Part shown: positions 60,374-64,000 of the stretch, one piece after another | Position numbering within the stretch: the stretch's first letter is position 1 | Layout: each line of letters opens with the position of its first letter | Source: Phyllobates terribilis | Lineage: Eukaryota | Length of the DNA: 64,000 nt | Direction: 5' to 3' | Assembly (NCBI RefSeq): GCF_046119375.1 | Contig: NW_027362773.1 | Span: 130,758,001-130,822,000 of the forward strand | Notes under the pieces: model-generated | The model's input: the letters and a program-made list of their open reading frames with translations, nothing else | What the model was told of the DNA's origin: nothing | Databases searched by the model: none | Translations under genes and position numbers: made by a program

Positions 60374-62092
60374 ATGAGCACGCTGCCGGAAGGGGAGGAG
60401 CCTAAAGGAGGTGGAGCCCTACTGCTTTTAAGGATGGGGAGCAATCAGGATGGTGGTGTCTGCATCCCCGCCATGATGAATGAGGAACCGCAGTCACCTG
60501 GGCAGCAGCTGTCACCGCCACAGGAAGTACAGCAGCAGCCACAGCCATCAAAGCAGCGCAAGCAGCTCAAACAAATGGAACGGGAATCTTCCCATCGACA
60601 AAGTCACAGCAGTGAGGGGCGTACGAGTTCCGGCAAGACTGGTCAGAAAAGACTTCGTCAGTCCACCTCCGCCAGATGGGAGCCCTCATGTGAACGGCAA
60701 CCACCGCCTCCGGTACCCTAGTCTGAACGGCAGTGTGGTGAGTGATCTTCGTGAAAGTCTCACCTTGAATAATGTGCTCTTCTCTCTCTCTCTCTCTCTT
60801 TTCCTCCTTCTTCTCCTTTTAATTCTTGGGGCAGGAGGCGAAGAAGTGTAGTGCTAAAAATAAAAACAGGGAGTGTGCTTTATGCAAAATCGGTCTTCCC
60901 ACCTCCTATGCCAAAAACCTATGCTCAGACTGTATTCAGAAAACCATTGCAGAGGAGTCCCCCAGGTTTTCTTTAGAATTAAAGGATCTAATCCAGACAG
61001 AGGTCAGAGAGTCTTTAAGAGGCTTAACCTCACTCAAAAAGAAGAAGCGGAAACTAGTTTCTTCAGAATCAGAGGAATCAGTGGAGTCCCGTTTTACGAG
61101 AGAACTGCCTTCCTCCTCTAATCACTCCTCATCGTCATCGGAGTCTTCGGATGATAATGGGGGGGGGCAGACCTTGTTTTTCGGTTGATAATACTGAGAG
61201 ACTAGTTAAAGCCGTCAGAGGGACTATGGGTATTACCGATACCAAAGTGCCCAGAACAGTCCAGGATGTTATGTTCGGGGGCTTAGACCAAAGGAGGAGA
61301 CGCTCATTCCCGGTCAATGACAGGATTAAATCTCTGATAGAAAGGGAATGGAAGAAACCGGAGAGGAAGGGTCAGCTGCCGTCATCCTCCAAGCGGAGGT
61401 ACCCCTTTGAGGATGAGGATGCGGCTAAATGGGACAAAACCCCTAAGATTGACGTGGCCATTTCAAAATCTTCAAAAAAATCCACTCTGCCCTTTGAGGA
61501 TTTAGGAGCCTTAAAAGACCCGCTGGATAAAAAAGCGGAGTCCTTCCTTAAGCAAACCTGGGAGTCGTCAGCAGGGGCCCTTAAACCGGCAGTAGCAGCG
61601 ACCTGCACTGCTAGATCTATGATGATCTGGCTTCAACAATTGGAAGACCAGATCAGGGGGAATGTGTCCAGGGAGAAAATTCTATCAGACCTTCCTCTTG
61701 TGCAGGGAGCGGCTGCATTCCTGGCAGATGCATCGGCAGATTCAGTTAGGCTGGCTGCCCGGTCTGCAAACCTCTCTAATGCAGCCCGTAGGGCGCTATG
61801 GCTCAAGAGCTGGCCAGGAGATGTGCAGTCAAAGTCTAAACTGTGCTCAATCCCTTGTGAAGGGGACTTCTTGTTCGGCAAAGGTCTAGATGACATCCTA
61901 GATAAAGCCGCAGACAAAAAACATGGATTTCCCACGGTGTCTGGTTCCCGATTTAACAGTTCCTTTCGGAAGAGAAAATACAGCCGCAGTAAAGCTCCCA
62001 GAGACCAAGGTAGCTGGAAAGACCGAAAGCCGTATAGCAGAGGCTTCATGTTTGGGGGTCCCTCCTCCGAGAATAAGAAAGCCCCTAAGTGA
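60374..62092 (+). CDS. DIRS ORF1 (gag-like); probably spliced, with one homopolymer frameshift
   Basis: ATG ORFs at 60374 or 60480 join via a predicted intron to 60835 (EAKKC..ECALCK..LCSDC Cys motif). A G9 run at 61159-61167 shifts into the frame with LVKAVRGTMGI...RRALWLKSW...LFGKGLDDIL. Confidence 0.75.
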
Positions 62093-63986
62093 CAGTTCCC
62101 CCCAGGTGGGAGGAAGATTGTCCCACTTCCTGCCTGCCTGGAAGGAAATTTCATCCAATTCTTGGATCTTAGGGATAATCAGGAGGGGGCTCACACTAGA
62201 GTTCAAGAGCAGGCCCAAGAACACTGTCAAAATATCAGCCCCCAGAGGTTTAGTGGAACAGATAGCCTTACAGCAGGAAGTTCTCTCTCTGCTCAGGAAA
62301 GGAGTTCTGGTGGAAACACATGTACCCGAGCAAGGAAGAGGATTCTATTCGACCCTCTTCCTAATAAAGAAGCCGGACGGCTCCTTCAGGACCATTGCGA
62401 ACTTAAAAAGACTGAACGACCATTTAATCTACAGGCCTTTCAAGATGGAAACAATAAAATCAGCCATAAAGATGTTATTTCCGGACTGTTTTATGTGCGT
62501 CCTCGATCTGAAGGACGCCTACTACCACGTCCCGATTTTGCCAGATCATCAACAGTTTCTAAGAGTAGCTGTACAATTCGGCAGGCACGTAAGGCATTTT
62601 CAGTTCGCAGCTCTTCCCTTTGGCATTTCCATGGCGCCGAGAGTCTTCACAAAAATCATTCTGGAGGTCACAGCGCACTTGAGGGAAAGAGATATTTTAG
62701 TCATCCCTTATCTGGACGACTTCTTAGTAGTGGGCAGATCAAGTCAACTCTGTGCTCTAGCCCTGGCGGACGTCATGGCCAGTCTAAGACGCCTAGGTTG
62801 GCTGTTAAATCTGGAGAAGTCAAGGCTGGAACCAAAGAGGGTTCAGTCTTTCCTGGGTCTCATTCTGGACTCGGAAAACCAAACCTGTCTTCTGCCAGAG
62901 GAAAAGAAACTGAAGATCAGATCCCTAACATCTCAGATTGTCAGCAATCCGACCATCACCCTGAGGAGTGCAATGTCTCTGTTGGGTACAATGACGTCTT
63001 GCATTCCGGCGGTTCAGTGGGCCCAGCACCATTCCAGGTGTCTTCAACAGGAGATTCTGGCAGCGGACAGGTGGCTCAAAGGTCGCCTGAATGGGAAAAT
63101 ATCTCTTCCAGATGTTGTGATCAACTCCCTGGACTGGTGGACATCTCCGGTCAACCTATCTTTGGGGGTTCCTTGGACCTTCCAGGTGTCGGATACAATT
63201 ACAACAGACGCAAGTGCGGAAGGTTGGGGAGCTCACCTAAGGGATCGTTCTGTACAAGGCTTCTGGTCGGACAGCGAGACAAGCCTCTCTTCCAACATGA
63301 AAGAGCTGTTGGCAGCCAGAAACGCGCTAAAAGAATTCAGTTCTGTTCTTCAGGGTCCTCACGTCAGGATAATGTCAGACAACAGATCAACAGTCGGTTG
63401 ATGTAGGCATCAGGGGGGTACCAGGTCTCTCCCTCTGATGTTAATAGCGGATCAGATCTTCAGTTTTGCCGAGAGTCGGCTGGTTACGCTCTCGGCACTG
63501 CATATAAAAGGGGAAGAGAACATAAAGGCCGATTTCTTGAGTCGTCACATCTTGAAACAAGGAGACTGGGAGTTGAATCCAGCCGTTTTTCAGCAGATTG
63601 TGGATCGGTGGGGACAGCCCCAGATAGATCTGTTTGCAAACAGACACAATCGGAAGACCGAAACCTTTTGCTCCCTGAATCCAAAAGAGGGGGCGTTTGC
63701 GGTGGACGCGCTGCAGATTCAGTGGGATTTCACTCTAGCTTATGCCTTTCCCCCTTTAGTACTGATCCCTACTATCCTGAGGAAGATCCGAGAGGAACGG
63801 GCGAGGGTTATATTGATCGCCCCGTTCTGGCCCAAGAGACCATGGTTCACTTGGATGAAGAGAATGTCCCAAGCAGATCCATGGGTTCTTCCGGACATCC
63901 CGGATCTCCTCAGGCAGGGCCCAGTCTGTCATCCCCAAAGAGCGAGCCTGCATTTGACGGCTTGGATTTTGAGAGGTCGCTATTGA
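61923..63986 (+). CDS. DIRS ORF2 pol: reverse transcriptase, RNase H, DAM-methylase-like domain; one TGA at 63399-63401
   Basis: GFYSTLFLIKKPDGSFR, LDLKDAY, LPFG, YLDD, TDASAEGWG, SDN, ADFLSR, IDLFA, YAFPP; stays in frame across the stop. Confidence 0.92.
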
Positions 63987-64000
63987 CGCAAAGGGGGTTT
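62093..64000 (+). CDS. DIRS ORF3 (tyrosine-recombinase frame) N-terminal extension overlapping pol
   Basis: Frame open from immediately after the gag TGA to the window end, except TAG at 63404-63406. It ends in ERSLLTQRGF, typical of the start of DIRS YR domains; catalytic residues lie outside the window. Confidence 0.75.

Larger units (their letters stand above)
59761..64000 (+). mobile_element. DIRS1-type tyrosine-recombinase retrotransposon (5' part; continues beyond the window)
   Basis: TTT-initiated terminus with internal hairpin GGACAGGAACC/GGTTCCTGTCC, then gag-like ORF, RT-RNase H-methyltransferase-like ORF, and the start of a YR ORF (ERSLLTQRGF). Confidence 0.93.

Noticed and set aside
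61633-62230. Antisense ORFs in the DIRS gag/pol overlap
   Set aside because: Explained by constraints of the overlapping sense frames; no independent signal.

Overview
Vertebrate genomic DNA, most likely a frog (inferred from dense TTAA-flanked T2/Kolobok-type and TWA-flanked Harbinger-type MITEs, V-SINEs and a DIRS element). It is not prokaryotic: no CRISPR array, rRNA or true tRNA gene was found. Two intact host genes sit head-to-head at a CpG-rich promoter near 43.5 kb. PIDD1 is on the minus strand with 15 coding exons (9745-33356, 893 aa: LRR, ZU5, ZU5, UPA, death domain, both HFSW autocleavage motifs). RPLP2 is on the plus strand (5'TOP exon 1 about 43598-43679, CDS 47171-58383, 114 aa) and carries the H/ACA snoRNA SNORA52 in intron 3. 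This matches the recalled human 11p15.5 arrangement, and a probable non-coding first exon of the next gene (SLC25A22 by synteny) lies near 2.2-2.4 kb. Two 1.63-kb DD38E (Intruder-type Tc1) transposons lie in opposite orientation inside PIDD1 and bracket exons 2-12; one is a single nonsense codon from intact. From about 59761 to the window end is a young DIRS1-type tyrosine-recombinase retrotransposon. It has an apparent spliceosomal intron in gag, an ETS/NRF1 tandem array, and a ~1.9-kb dual-coding region whose second frame follows the gag stop codon directly. The rest is MITEs, SINEs, a solo LTR, hammerhead-bearing Penelope-like remnants, tandem repeats and one 221-nt N gap. All calls come from manual reading; no searches were run.
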